A stretch of 64,000 nucleotides of DNA from Theionarchaea archaeon (GTDB lineage Archaea; Methanobacteriota_B; Thermococci; Methanofastidiosales; SZ-28-30): positions 178 to 64,177 of the forward strand of contig JACVGW010000003.1 in NCBI GenBank assembly GCA_018992565.1. Direction: 5' to 3'. The translations under genes and the position numbers were made by a program. Within the stretch, counting starts at the first letter, position 1. Every line of letters begins with the position of its first letter. The notes below the pieces were generated by a model, which saw nothing but the letters and a program-made list of their open reading frames with translations, ran no database searches and was not told the DNA's origin. This document shows, one piece after another, positions 19,477 through 29,249 of this stretch.

Positions 19477-21393
19477 TTAGTCCTTTTTCTTTACCATGTA
19501 ACCAATGGCAAGTCCGACGATCAGGGCAACTATTCCAATCACAATGAGTGTCGTTGTAGACGTGCCGGCTCCTGCTTCTCCGCCTTCCACAGTCACTTCC
19601 TTCTCTATGATGTAGAAGCGGTATCCTGCCATGTCCATAAGTTCTCGTGCCTTAGCCAGGTCATATGAATCTGGGGCAACGTTGGTGTTGAACGCCCATG
19701 AGGGAACAGCAACAGGATTCCTTCCGGGTACACCATAGCCACCCAACAGGTTATCAACAATTCCCTGTCTGTCAATACAGTGGGAGATAGCCTGTCTCAC
19801 ATACTTGTTGGCCAGGTATGGGTTGCGGCAGTTGAAGTGCAGGTGCTGGTATCCGAACTGCTCTGACGTCCACAGCTTGACTCCGGGAGTAGCCTCGAGC
19901 TCCTCACCAATGATTGTCAAGTTGTAATAGGTGTCCACAATGTCTGCTTCGCCAGTTTCCAGGGCAACACGGGCTGCCTCTCTCTCAGGTATCAGCTTCA
20001 GTACCAGGAAGTCGCATCCAGCATCTGGGAGACCGTACTTGGCACCCCAGTAGTCGGCATTCTTCTTCAGCTTCCAATACTGATCGGCTTCCCAGGAGTC
20101 AAAGACGAAGGGTCCAGAACCAATAACGGTCTCTCCCCTGTTAACATCAGACTCCATCCAGCCAGTGGCAGCTTCTGCTCCCGTTATGGGGATACTACCG
20201 TAGACGTGCTTTGGCAGAATGTTCACATCACAGTTTCTCAGCCACGCAGCGTGGGGCATTCCCACGAATACTCTCAGCGTGTACTTGTCAATGATCTCTG
20301 ATCCACCATACACATCTCTGAATGTCCCGTATCCCTGGAATGCAGTATCCGGGCTGACACAGGCGTCAAAGGACCACTTGATGTCTTCACTGGTCATTTC
20401 TACGCCATCGTGGAACATGATACCTTCTTTTATCTTGATGTCAAAGTACTCCGGGAATACGACGGGTTCAGCAAGTTTGGAACTCACATTGCACTTCTTG
20501 ACATCAGGTGCAAGAGCTTCAATTGAGGCATCATCCAGCATGCTGGGTGCAAAGACAATGGTAGGCCCTTCTGTTGCAGAGTCAGCCAGTACTGGTGACT
20601 GGTTCAGATTCTCATCGTTCTGCCATAGTGTCTGGAATATTTGCTGGTTGCAGTAGTACCCATACACTGAGTTCCATCTCCATACCAGCATACCCTCGAC
20701 AGCTGCAGGCGTAGCGTATACAATGGTGTCCTTTCCTGGAATTGACCAGGACGCGGCATCATAATTCTGTGTCCACAGTAATCCACTGAACCCATCCAAT
20801 GTGTCCACTGAAGCCCACATGTTGAGTGGAATGTATACAACACAGTAGGGCTTCTCGTCTGCAACAATCTCCTGCCATCTCCACAGGTAATCCTTTCTGG
20901 TTTCCTGATTCAGTTCGACTCGTGCTTTAGCCAGCATCTCGTCGGACTCAGGGCAGTACCAGAATGTAACGTTGTTACCAATTGGTGTCATAGCAGAAGA
21001 GTGGAATATGTCGAATGGGTCAGGGTCTACACCCACAGACCAGCCGAACGAAGAAATATCGAATCCATCTTCAGAATAGGCTTTTCCATAGTAGTTGTTG
21101 AACTCTCTGTTGATCAGGTCACCGAATTCCAGCAACTTGAAGTCAGCCTGAATGCCAATCTTGGGCATCTCAAGGTTAACAGCCTGAGTATACTGCTCTC
21201 TCACTTTGTTACCAATGGGTGCAATTTGCGTAATCGTAAAGAACGGTGGATACTTTGAATAATCCTCAGTAAAAGGCACTTTTGTGATCTGCTGTTCCTG
21301 AGCAATCGCTGTTGTCCCGAATAAAGACAGTACCAAAGAAGTCAAGAGAACAATCGACAGCACCATTGAGACTTTTCTTGTTTTTACATTCAT
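19477..21393 (-). CDS. ABC transporter substrate-binding protein (peptide-binding, family 5) with a C-terminal Gly/Thr linker and TM anchor; close paralog of 32312..34213
   Basis: Start moved to MNVKTRK (ATG 21393) with GGAGG 10 nt upstream; signal peptide; about 80% amino-acid identity to the 32312 gene by eye; C-terminus GGEAGAGTSTTTLIVIGIVALIVGLAIGYMVKKKD. Confidence 0.8.
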   Translation of the reverse strand: MNVKTRKVSMVLSIVLLTSLVLSLFGTTAIAQEQQITKVPFTEDYSKYPPFFTITQIAPIGNKVREQYTQAVNLEMPKIGIQADFKLLEFGDLINREFNNYYGKAYSEDGFDISSFGWSVGVDPDPFDIFHSSAMTPIGNNVTFWYCPESDEMLAKARVELNQETRKDYLWRWQEIVADEKPYCVVYIPLNMWASVDTLDGFSGLLWTQNYDAASWSIPGKDTIVYATPAAVEGMLVWRWNSVYGYYCNQQIFQTLWQNDENLNQSPVLADSATEGPTIVFAPSMLDDASIEALAPDVKKCNVSSKLAEPVVFPEYFDIKIKEGIMFHDGVEMTSEDIKWSFDACVSPDTAFQGYGTFRDVYGGSEIIDKYTLRVFVGMPHAAWLRNCDVNILPKHVYGSIPITGAEAATGWMESDVNRGETVIGSGPFVFDSWEADQYWKLKKNADYWGAKYGLPDAGCDFLVLKLIPEREAARVALETGEADIVDTYYNLTIIGEELEATPGVKLWTSEQFGYQHLHFNCRNPYLANKYVRQAISHCIDRQGIVDNLLGGYGVPGRNPVAVPSWAFNTNVAPDSYDLAKARELMDMAGYRFYIIEKEVTVEGGEAGAGTSTTTLIVIGIVALIVGLAIGYMVKKKD

Positions 21394-21402
21394 ATGTTTT
21401 CT

Positions 21403-21422
21403 ACCTCCTTTGATCGGTATTG
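21403..21422. repeat. exact 20-bp direct repeat ACCTCCTTTGATCGGTATTG (copy 1, overlaps the RBS of the 19477 gene)
   Basis: Identical 20-mer at 32227..32246 in the same orientation on the plus strand, although the adjacent paralogous genes are inverted. Confidence 0.7.
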
Positions 21423-21464
21423 TATCCAACTACAGTGAAAGACTTATAAACCTTTCGGTTTCAG

Positions 21465-21476
21465 TAGTATATACTA
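21465..21476. promoter_or_regulatory. perfect 12-bp palindrome TAGTATATACTA in the AT-rich promoter region of the SBP gene (candidate operator, AGTA-N2-TACT)
   Basis: Seen directly; a TATA-like TTTATAA box (21443-21452, gene sense) lies nearby. Confidence 0.35.
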
Positions 21477-21643
21477 TATTAAGTCGTAGCTAAAGCAAAT
21501 AGTGGCATACTACACTACATAGTAGGTATTATCTTAAATAGTAAATTGAGAACTCTGAATTAGCTGCTTCTTGCTCTGGCATGGTGGAAATGAGCTTCTG
21601 CGAACATTCAAAAAAAGAAATACCAAAAAAACGAAAATCAAAT

Positions 21644-21832
21644 TCAGATCACGATGACAATTCCCATCTTCTCCAGAAAGAAATATATACAGATTAACAA
21701 GACTGCAATCAGTCCCAAAACAAACAATAGATTCATTTTTTCCTTTGAAATCCTGTAATCTCTGACAAAAATCCCCATAAGTAGCACATCACATACAATG
21801 GCCACCAACAGCAGCAGAGCTTGTACATTCAT
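21644..21832 (-). CDS. possible small membrane protein (62 aa, two TM helices)
   Basis: Hydrophobic ORF in an otherwise AT-rich intergenic region; weak support. Confidence 0.25.
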   Translation of the reverse strand: MNVQALLLLVAIVCDVLLMGIFVRDYRISKEKMNLLFVLGLIAVLLICIYFFLEKMGIVIVI

Positions 21833-21997
21833 GTAATTCCTCCTTTTTGAACATCATTTTACGAGTCTGCAGATGCAGCATCGTGGTTTCACTCCATTCA
21901 CATAAATACTTTTGGATTGTCTCAACGACCCACTATCTGATGAACAGCTCATGGCAATCTTTATAAAGAGATGATAACCAACTCCTATGGTGATCCC

Positions 21998-22429
21998 ATG
22001 AAACAGATTATGGCTGTACTATGTTGTCTTCTGGTGCTTGGCTGCACCATTGGTGTAAATCTTGACACGCCCGAAAATGCAGTGAGAACATGGATTCGAT
22101 CCTATAACGATCGAGATGTTGAAGGTATATATATTACACTCTCAAAAGCATACATTATGGCTAATGGTGGTGAGGAGCGAATAAAAGATAACATTAAAAC
22201 CATGTTGGAGGAAGCAGAAGAATCAGAGACAACCTTTGCAGTGAAAGGTATTGGAATGCTCGCCTTATCAGCAGAACAGCCAGGATTGCCATCAGACAGA
22301 ACCATATATCTGGCAAGAATGGATAAGGAGTATACGGCGCAGGGCGAGAAGGTGGTTGAAGAGGTCTTTTTCAATTTTGCAATTGTGAAAGAAGACGGTA
22401 AATACAAGATCGAAGACTTCTGGGACTGA
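21998..22429 (+). CDS. putative lipoprotein (143 aa)
   Basis: Start moved to MKQIMAV; signal peptide with lipobox-like VLGC; no catalytic motifs. Confidence 0.4.
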   Translation: MKQIMAVLCCLLVLGCTIGVNLDTPENAVRTWIRSYNDRDVEGIYITLSKAYIMANGGEERIKDNIKTMLEEAEESETTFAVKGIGMLALSAEQPGLPSDRTIYLARMDKEYTAQGEKVVEEVFFNFAIVKEDGKYKIEDFWD

Positions 22430-22854
22430 GAAGGAAATAGATCTACCACACGTGGTATTCTTTCCTCGCCATCCTTTCGTATTCTAAATGATGTACTATA
22501 TAGTGTAAGTATGGCTGTGGGATTGAGCAGCTACGGTCTTATAATGTGCCTGCCATGAAAACATGTGCCCCTTCTCCTGCCACATATTCTGGTGCACACT
22601 GCACTACCTCTGTTGTTATTTCTGGGAAGCACCTGGTATGGGTATTTAGAGAGGGTTGTTATGAGGAAAGGATGCACAAGATGCCCTCTTCGTCCCCGTA
22701 TCTCTGGAATTCCTTGTTCTACTGACGAGAGTCAGCAATTTACCACTCGTTTCTTTTGTCAGGCTGCAGTACGTTCCTTCTCCTGGTAATCAGGCTGGGT
22801 TTCTCACAGTGTATAAACACTCCTATCACTTTATGCTTCAAATGGAGTATTTAA

Positions 22855-22902
22855 ATGGTAAATTGTATACCATACCGTCAGAGGAGAAACCTTTAAAAGG
22901 TT
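22855..22902. promoter_or_regulatory. two inverted repeats upstream of the BlaI-like gene: ATGGTA-N7-TACCAT and AACCTTT-A-AAAGGTT, the latter overlapping a TTTAAAA TATA-like box
   Basis: Seen directly at 22855-22873 and 22888-22902; within 17-65 nt of the ATG at 22919. Confidence 0.3.
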
Positions 22903-22918
22903 ACCACGACAGGTAGTA

Positions 22919-23308
22919 GTGATGAACATTAAAAGACTTGGTCCTCTTGAACGAACTATAATGGAAGTCTTCTGGGAGAAGAAGAAAGCTGATGCACGGG
23001 AGGTCTATTCGGAACTCAACAGGGAAAAACAGATTGCATACACTACCATCAACACTACGCTCACGAGACTTCACAAGAAGAAACTACTCAACAGGAAGCT
23101 GGTGAAGGGAAGAGGAGGATACCGCTATGTGTACACGATTGCCAAGTCAAAACCAAAGTACATAGATCAGGTCATTCGCTCTACCATAGATGATCTCCTG
23201 ATGCGGTTCGGAAATCGGACTATCAATTACTTCTCAGAAAGTCTGAATTTAGATGAAGAAGATGTGGAGAAACTAAGGGCTCGTCTCAAGGAGTTGTCTC
23301 ATGAATGA
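22919..23308 (+). CDS. BlaI/MecI/CopY-family winged-helix transcriptional repressor
   Basis: N-terminal penicillinase-repressor fold signature LERTIMEVFWEKKKADAREVYSELNREKQIAYTTINTTLTRLHKKKLL; stop overlaps the downstream gene. Confidence 0.7.
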   Translation: MMNIKRLGPLERTIMEVFWEKKKADAREVYSELNREKQIAYTTINTTLTRLHKKKLLNRKLVKGRGGYRYVYTIAKSKPKYIDQVIRSTIDDLLMRFGNRTINYFSESLNLDEEDVEKLRARLKELSHE

Positions 23309-24638
23309 GTGGCAAAATCTTGCGCTTGCAGTTACCTTGATTGTGGTGGCACAGTTCACCAATGAAGGCATCATAGCCCTACTGAAGGTGAGGAATGCCA
23401 CCACCCGATTCCGAATAAGGCTTATTTCTCTGCTCTCCTGTTTCTTCATATTCTTGTTTGTTCCCTTCAAGATGGTTGAACTGACTATCTTGTCAGGAGA
23501 GATTCCTGCTGGCAATGCCAGCTCTTCCCAGATTGACAACTGGGTCGCTCGATCTGCCACCATGACGTCAACATATTCTGGATTTGCCCGGGCAAGTGTG
23601 GTTTTGCTGGTGGCTGCAGTTGTTTGCTTCGTGGTGATGCTGCTCTTCAGCAAGCAGATAGTAGCCAGGGTGTTTGAATGCGAGCCAGCAACAGATTCAC
23701 GACTTCTGACTGTGGTGAACAACGTCTCCTCCGAACTGGGAGTCTCCATCAAGCAGGTGATGGTGTGCAAGAAGAAATGTGATGCCTTTGTCTACGGGTA
23801 CCCTCCGTTTCTTGCAGTAGGAAAAGACCTCCTTGATGTTGTGAATGACAGTGAACTGCGGATAATCATACGACATGAGTTGTACCACATTAAAGGGAGA
23901 GACACACTCCTGAAGCCAGTTCTCGCCGCTCTGTGCATTATTTTCCTGTACAACCCCATGAGTTGGTTCCTGTATAATAGAGTGTTCACTGACAGAGAGT
24001 GTTGCGCTGATCAGGCGTCGATAACCTGCACTCAAGACACCCGGACATTTCTTTCCCTGCTCCTCAAATTCCACAGCCTCGCATGTGGAGCGCCATGTTC
24101 TCTCGCCGTTCATTGGATTGGAGCCACCAACAGGATTGACTCTCTTCTCTCTGCTGAAAAGAGTCGGAAAATCCCTGTTTTCCTGTGTCTGTTCTTCACG
24201 TTCTCTTCACTCTTTGTAGGAGGCACTCAGCTCTTCGGGAACCAGTATGTGGAAATCAACAGCTCCACACCTCTTGATCCCGAAGCCTATGGTCCGCAGG
24301 CTGATTTTTCGGGCTATTTCTATGATATTCCTGTGGCAGAATGGTACAACAAAACAATATCAGAAACTGAAGTGAGTATTCCCTTGCAGGAAAGAGATCT
24401 CAGAAAACTCCTGTCTGCAGATGAGCTTTCCAGAGGGGAGATTACCATTAGGATGGCCACACTGCCGCTGGGAAGGAGACCTCAATTTTTCGGGAGAAAT
24501 GACATTGTAGATGGCAACTGCAACCTCATCATTGAATTAGAAGACGGCAGGTTATTCGTTTCCATACGACAGAGCAGTGGCCCTGGATTCACTCAGAAAG
24601 AAGCCGTTCTCAATGGAGGACCTGCCACCCCACTGTAA
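23301..24638 (+). CDS. BlaR1/MecR1-like M56 membrane metalloprotease (signal-transducing antirepressor type)
   Basis: N-terminal TM helices; zinc motif IIRHELYHIKGRD (HExxH) characteristic of the M56/M48 family; gene order BlaI then BlaR1 with overlap. Confidence 0.6.
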   Translation: MNEWQNLALAVTLIVVAQFTNEGIIALLKVRNATTRFRIRLISLLSCFFIFLFVPFKMVELTILSGEIPAGNASSSQIDNWVARSATMTSTYSGFARASVVLLVAAVVCFVVMLLFSKQIVARVFECEPATDSRLLTVVNNVSSELGVSIKQVMVCKKKCDAFVYGYPPFLAVGKDLLDVVNDSELRIIIRHELYHIKGRDTLLKPVLAALCIIFLYNPMSWFLYNRVFTDRECCADQASITCTQDTRTFLSLLLKFHSLACGAPCSLAVHWIGATNRIDSLLSAEKSRKIPVFLCLFFTFSSLFVGGTQLFGNQYVEINSSTPLDPEAYGPQADFSGYFYDIPVAEWYNKTISETEVSIPLQERDLRKLLSADELSRGEITIRMATLPLGRRPQFFGRNDIVDGNCNLIIELEDGRLFVSIRQSSGPGFTQKEAVLNGGPATPL

Positions 24639-24799
24639 GGGTGGCCCCATGCCTGAAAGGTACACACACCTCATACTCCAGCTTGTGATCTGAACATTCT
24701 GGATGTGGGGCTACAGTCAGTCAATGTGGAGAGTGGATACTCTCTCTTATGGACTTTTCAATACAAAAGCATTTATGTAGAATCATGTGAGAGGACGCA

Positions 24800-26503
24800 A
24801 TGATCAGTGTTGAAGATCTCTCCTTTCAGTACAGCACACGTGAATCACTGGTGCTGAGGAATGTTAACCTGGTTGTCCCTCAGGGAGCCTACATTGCACT
24901 TGTTGGCCCTTCTGGTTCAGGAAAGAGCACTCTCTGTTTTACCATGAATGGAATCATACCTCACTCTATTGGAGGTCACCTGTCAGGGAAGGTACGTGTT
25001 GACAGCCTGGATACACGAGAACACCAGGTACACGAGCTTGCTGAAAAAGTGGGTATTGTTCTTCAAAATCCCGAATCTCAGTTATTTGCCATGAGTGTGG
25101 AGGAGGAACTGGCTTTTGGTCCTGAGAACCTGGGGCTGCCTCGAGAAGAAATAGTGGCCCGTATCGATGAGGCCCTCCGCATCATAGGGATAACGGATAG
25201 GGAGCGATTCCCCTTTTCTCTGTCCGGAGGAGAAAAACAGAAACTTGCCATTGCTTCTATTTTGACCATGAACCCCTCCCACCTCGTCCTGGATGAACCA
25301 ACATCTCAACTGGATCCAAGAGGAAGACAGAGTGTCTACCATGTCCTGGACGGCCTCCACGCTGGCGGGATGTCCATCATCCTTATTGAACACAATACAG
25401 AACACATTGCAGAACATGCCCAGCAGGTGCTGGTGGTAAAAGACGGCACTGTTGTGGCCTCCGGATCACCCGGGGATGTCCTTTCCCGCGTGGAAGAGAT
25501 GGAAGCTCTGGGAATACAGGTCCCTGAGGTTGCTGAACTGACCTATGAACTCTGCAAGAGAGGAGTCATAGAGAGAGTAGCAGTCACACTCGAAGATGCT
25601 GTATCCCTGCTTGAAAATTTAACCTTAAACAGGAAACGTCCCCCAAGCATGAGAGAGAAGTCAGGGTTCCTGAACCAGGAGACGTCACAGCCCTGCAGTG
25701 CAGCACCTGCCATTGAGGTGAGAGCCCTGTCCTTCCAGTACGACGATGTCCCTGTCCTCAACAATGTCTCCCTCACCATTGGACGGGGGGAGATTACAGC
25801 CATTATAGGACAGAATGGATCAGGAAAGACGACACTGGTGAAGCACTTCAATGGACTGCTGCGCCCCCATAGAGGAGAAATCTCTGTATTTGGAGAACCT
25901 ATTAAAGACAAGAGCGTTGCCCAGCTGGCCCAGAAGGTAGGATATGTATTTCAGAACCCTGATCATCAGATCTTTGCAGACAGTGTATTCGAAGAAGTAG
26001 AATTTGGCCCCAAAAACCTGCATGTGCATCCAGAAGAGAGACAGGAACGTGTGTCTGACGTCCTGAGGCAGACTGGCCTCCTCAAATACAAGGACACACA
26101 TCCTGCCAGCCTGTCAGGGGGAGAAAAACAGCGGCTCGTCATAGCATCTGTCCTGGTGATGAACCCTCACATTCTTGTATTGGACGAACCCACCACCGGC
26201 CTGGATCTCACGAGCTCCCGCTCAATTATTGAACTGGTTAAAGCCCTTCACCAGCAGAGTCGCACCGTGGTCCTGGTGACTCACGACATGAAGCTGGTAG
26301 CAGAAATGGCCAACCGAATACTCATTTTGAAAGAAGGGACAGTGGCTGCCGAGGGGAGTCCTCATGAGATCTTTTCAAACCAGGACCTGCTTTCTGACAA
26401 CTTCCTTGAAGCGCCCCAGATTACCAGACTCAGTAATCGCCTTGGATATGGAACATGCCTCAGTGTGGGAGAGTTGCTGCAGAACATGGAGGGTGGTCCA
26501 TGA
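24800..26503 (+). CDS. ECF/cobalt-type ABC transporter ATPase, duplicated (EcfA-EcfA' fusion)
   Basis: Two ABC cassettes with Walker A GPSGSGKST and GQNGSGKTT, signatures LSGGEKQK and LSGGEKQR, and the CbiO-type C-terminal helices. Confidence 0.8.
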   Translation: MISVEDLSFQYSTRESLVLRNVNLVVPQGAYIALVGPSGSGKSTLCFTMNGIIPHSIGGHLSGKVRVDSLDTREHQVHELAEKVGIVLQNPESQLFAMSVEEELAFGPENLGLPREEIVARIDEALRIIGITDRERFPFSLSGGEKQKLAIASILTMNPSHLVLDEPTSQLDPRGRQSVYHVLDGLHAGGMSIILIEHNTEHIAEHAQQVLVVKDGTVVASGSPGDVLSRVEEMEALGIQVPEVAELTYELCKRGVIERVAVTLEDAVSLLENLTLNRKRPPSMREKSGFLNQETSQPCSAAPAIEVRALSFQYDDVPVLNNVSLTIGRGEITAIIGQNGSGKTTLVKHFNGLLRPHRGEISVFGEPIKDKSVAQLAQKVGYVFQNPDHQIFADSVFEEVEFGPKNLHVHPEERQERVSDVLRQTGLLKYKDTHPASLSGGEKQRLVIASVLVMNPHILVLDEPTTGLDLTSSRSIIELVKALHQQSRTVVLVTHDMKLVAEMANRILILKEGTVAAEGSPHEIFSNQDLLSDNFLEAPQITRLSNRLGYGTCLSVGELLQNMEGGP

Positions 26504-27291
26504 TTCAGCAGACCATGTTTATCAGGAAAAGATCCTTTCTCCACTCCCTGGACCCGAGGACAAAGCTCTTCGTATCCATTAGCCTGTTTCTTGTGGGTAT
26601 TATGTTCAGTGACTACAGGGTTTTGACAGTTCTCTTTGTGCTTGAGATAATTGTCCTCAGACTTGTAGCCAGGATCCCTTTTGCGAAGCTGTTCCCCTAT
26701 CTGAAGTTGATTCTCCCTCTTGTGGTGATGGCACTTGTGATATGGCCCCTCTTCCAGAGAACAGGGACAGTCCTTGTATCATACTGGAAGATCATTATCA
26801 CGGAAGAGGGAATCCGGATGGGTATCGCCATGTCCTTCAGATTGCTGTCCCTGATCGTTGCCACATACCTGCTCCTGATGACCACTGAACAGAGAGATCT
26901 GGTTCTCGCTCTTGTTACCTCCGGGCTGCGGTACGACTTTGGATTGATGCTGGCAATTGCCCTGAGCAAGGTTCCTGCCCTGGCAGGGATTGCCATGACC
27001 ATTATGGACGCACAGAAGGCACGGGGACTGGAACTGGAAAAGGGCAATATTGTAGAAAAAGTGAGAAAGTATATACCTATATTAATTCCATTAATCATAT
27101 CGGCCATACGGCTGGCTGAAGCATTGTCCATTGCCATCGATTCCCGAGCATTTGGCAGAGGTAACCGCACGTATTTGAGAGAGCTTCACTTCACAGTGAA
27201 AGATGCGCTGGTCACTGGCATGACTGTGGTGATACTATCAGCATGTGTAGGAATACGCGCTGCAGGATTTGGTGTTATGGAATTGCCATAG
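26500..27291 (+). CDS. ECF transporter transmembrane (T) component, CbiQ/EcfT family
   Basis: Start MIQQTMF overlaps the upstream stop (ATGA); polytopic; conserved EcfT C-terminal ARG...IDSRAFGR-like motif. Confidence 0.7.
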   Translation: MIQQTMFIRKRSFLHSLDPRTKLFVSISLFLVGIMFSDYRVLTVLFVLEIIVLRLVARIPFAKLFPYLKLILPLVVMALVIWPLFQRTGTVLVSYWKIIITEEGIRMGIAMSFRLLSLIVATYLLLMTTEQRDLVLALVTSGLRYDFGLMLAIALSKVPALAGIAMTIMDAQKARGLELEKGNIVEKVRKYIPILIPLIISAIRLAEALSIAIDSRAFGRGNRTYLRELHFTVKDALVTGMTVVILSACVGIRAAGFGVMELP

Positions 27292-28085
27292 TGGCTGTGG
27301 CTTCCATACTGATATCTGCTACATTCAAGAACCCTGTAGAGGGATGGGCTGTCCTCATGGAAACTGATGATTTCCCTGAAGGATATACTGACCTTCCCAT
27401 GGGATTCGTGAATGTTGAAAGAATGGAGGAGCTGCTCCAGTACCATGGGTGGCAGGAATCGCACATTCTAGAAAGGAGAGACAATATTACGGCAGATACA
27501 GTGAGAGAAGGTATTGAGTTCCTGCAGGGAGCAGACCACAATGATATTGCTCTATTCTATATTTGTTCTCACGGGGGATACGTGAGATACGATCTTCAAT
27601 GGAATACCCTCATGCCTCCGCTCTGGGAGACTGTCACCAGTGAGAAGAGGATACTGATCATAGATTCATGTTATGCAGGTTCCTTTCTGCCAGAGAGTGA
27701 GAGTCCCTACGTGGGGATTGGCTCAGTCTCAGCAGAAGAGCTCGGGTGGGCAGGGCTACCAGAGGAGAACCTGCCCATTACAGGGTTTGTGTTTACCTAC
27801 TACTTCTGTGAGTCTACCCGGGGAATACCAATTGAGGAGGGATTTGAGAAGGCCGTTCCCCAGGTGAAGCAGTATATGCAGGAAATAGTATATCCAGCTT
27901 TCAAGGATCTCTATCCTCCCGAGTACTACAACCTGTACGATCCTCATCCAGTGTTGCAGGATTCCTATCCGGGGGGACTTTCGCTAGAAGTTGATGATGG
28001 CAGGACGTCTCTGTCTTACCTGCTGGCTGTCCTGATACTTTTTGTCCTGGGACTGGACATCGCCCTCAGGAAGACAACCAGGTGA
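27243..28085 (+). CDS. membrane-anchored C13 (legumain/GPI8/caspase-like) cysteine peptidase
   Basis: Catalytic His region FYICSHGG and Cys region LIIDSCYAGSF in the correct order and spacing; N-terminal signal anchor and C-terminal TM (LLAVLILFVLGL). Confidence 0.55.
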   Translation: MCRNTRCRIWCYGIAIVAVASILISATFKNPVEGWAVLMETDDFPEGYTDLPMGFVNVERMEELLQYHGWQESHILERRDNITADTVREGIEFLQGADHNDIALFYICSHGGYVRYDLQWNTLMPPLWETVTSEKRILIIDSCYAGSFLPESESPYVGIGSVSAEELGWAGLPEENLPITGFVFTYYFCESTRGIPIEEGFEKAVPQVKQYMQEIVYPAFKDLYPPEYYNLYDPHPVLQDSYPGGLSLEVDDGRTSLSYLLAVLILFVLGLDIALRKTTR

Positions 28086-28201
28086 TACCACTGGAAAATG
28101 TGTGATGAATCGGGCTCTACACAGAGTATGAGAGTCTCTCACTCTTTGTTTCTCTGCGTACCGGCCAAAAGCTTTATATTTCAGCAAAGGCAATTCCTCG
28201 T

Positions 28202-29245
28202 GTGGAATCAACAACTGATATTCTGGAGAAACTTATAGAGGAAGAACAGAAAATACGACAGAAAGCAGAAGAATTGGGACTCCGTGTCGGAAAAGGACCT
28301 CCAGAAGAAGTTAAAAAACCTTTCAGGGCTAAGGAAGGAATCCCCAGAACAGAACTCACTGAAAGAGAGATGGCCCGGCTGTTGGCGGAAACAAGAGATA
28401 TCCTTGATATTTATAACACAGATTATGTTGCCGAACACTTTGATGAGGCAAATAATCTGTATCACTCGCTGAAGGACAAACCATTCTCTCCTGATTCTCT
28501 CATTGGATCACGAATTGTGCAGAACATTCAGGAACTGAAAGAGAGAATTGATGCGGTCGGAGAACAGGAGTCGCCGACAAAGCCGCTTGAGGAATTGCTT
28601 TCTGATGCAAAGAGGGTTCTCGATTCTCTGGACTCACTGGACTCAATTCAGGCGAAAAGACGGTACGCTGACCTGTTGAAGAGACAGCAGGAAATGCCAA
28701 GGAATGTGGATGAGCCACTGGAAGTCGAAATTGATGAGTACCTGGTGGAAATTGGAAAAAGAATCCAGAGATCAGAAAAAAAGACATCGGAAGAGATTGG
28801 AGAAGAACTTCTGGAAGAGATCAGCACCTTGATTGGCTCCGGTACCTTTAATCCCGATGGATACAACAGAATTGCAAAAAAATTCCAGGAGATAGCAGAT
28901 GATCTTCCTGAAGACCTCAAATTGAAAATAAGAGACCGCATACGCGAATCCTATGCCAAGATGAAGGACCTCGAACAGAAAGAACACGTTGAAGAACGCG
29001 TACGGGAGGTACGTGCCAAGAAGTTCTACTGGGATTCCTTTGCTCAGGAAGTGGAACAATTGAAAGCCGACCTGGAGCGGGCATCACCTGGGGAGTTCTT
29101 CAGGCTCTATGACATCTATGATCAGCTGCTGGACTCTCTGGAACATGCAGATCTGTCTGATGTTCATGCTGCCCAGATTGACCGCGTAAAATCAATGGTA
29201 GATCAGTGTTACTACATGCTTGAAGAACTGAGATCGCGAGCGTAG
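28202..29245 (+). CDS. acidic coiled-coil protein, hypothetical
   Basis: Highly charged (E/K/R/D-rich) with predicted long helices; no enzymatic motif. Confidence 0.4.
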   Translation: MESTTDILEKLIEEEQKIRQKAEELGLRVGKGPPEEVKKPFRAKEGIPRTELTEREMARLLAETRDILDIYNTDYVAEHFDEANNLYHSLKDKPFSPDSLIGSRIVQNIQELKERIDAVGEQESPTKPLEELLSDAKRVLDSLDSLDSIQAKRRYADLLKRQQEMPRNVDEPLEVEIDEYLVEIGKRIQRSEKKTSEEIGEELLEEISTLIGSGTFNPDGYNRIAKKFQEIADDLPEDLKLKIRDRIRESYAKMKDLEQKEHVEERVREVRAKKFYWDSFAQEVEQLKADLERASPGEFFRLYDIYDQLLDSLEHADLSDVHAAQIDRVKSMVDQCYYMLEELRSRA

Positions 29246-29249
29246 CGTC

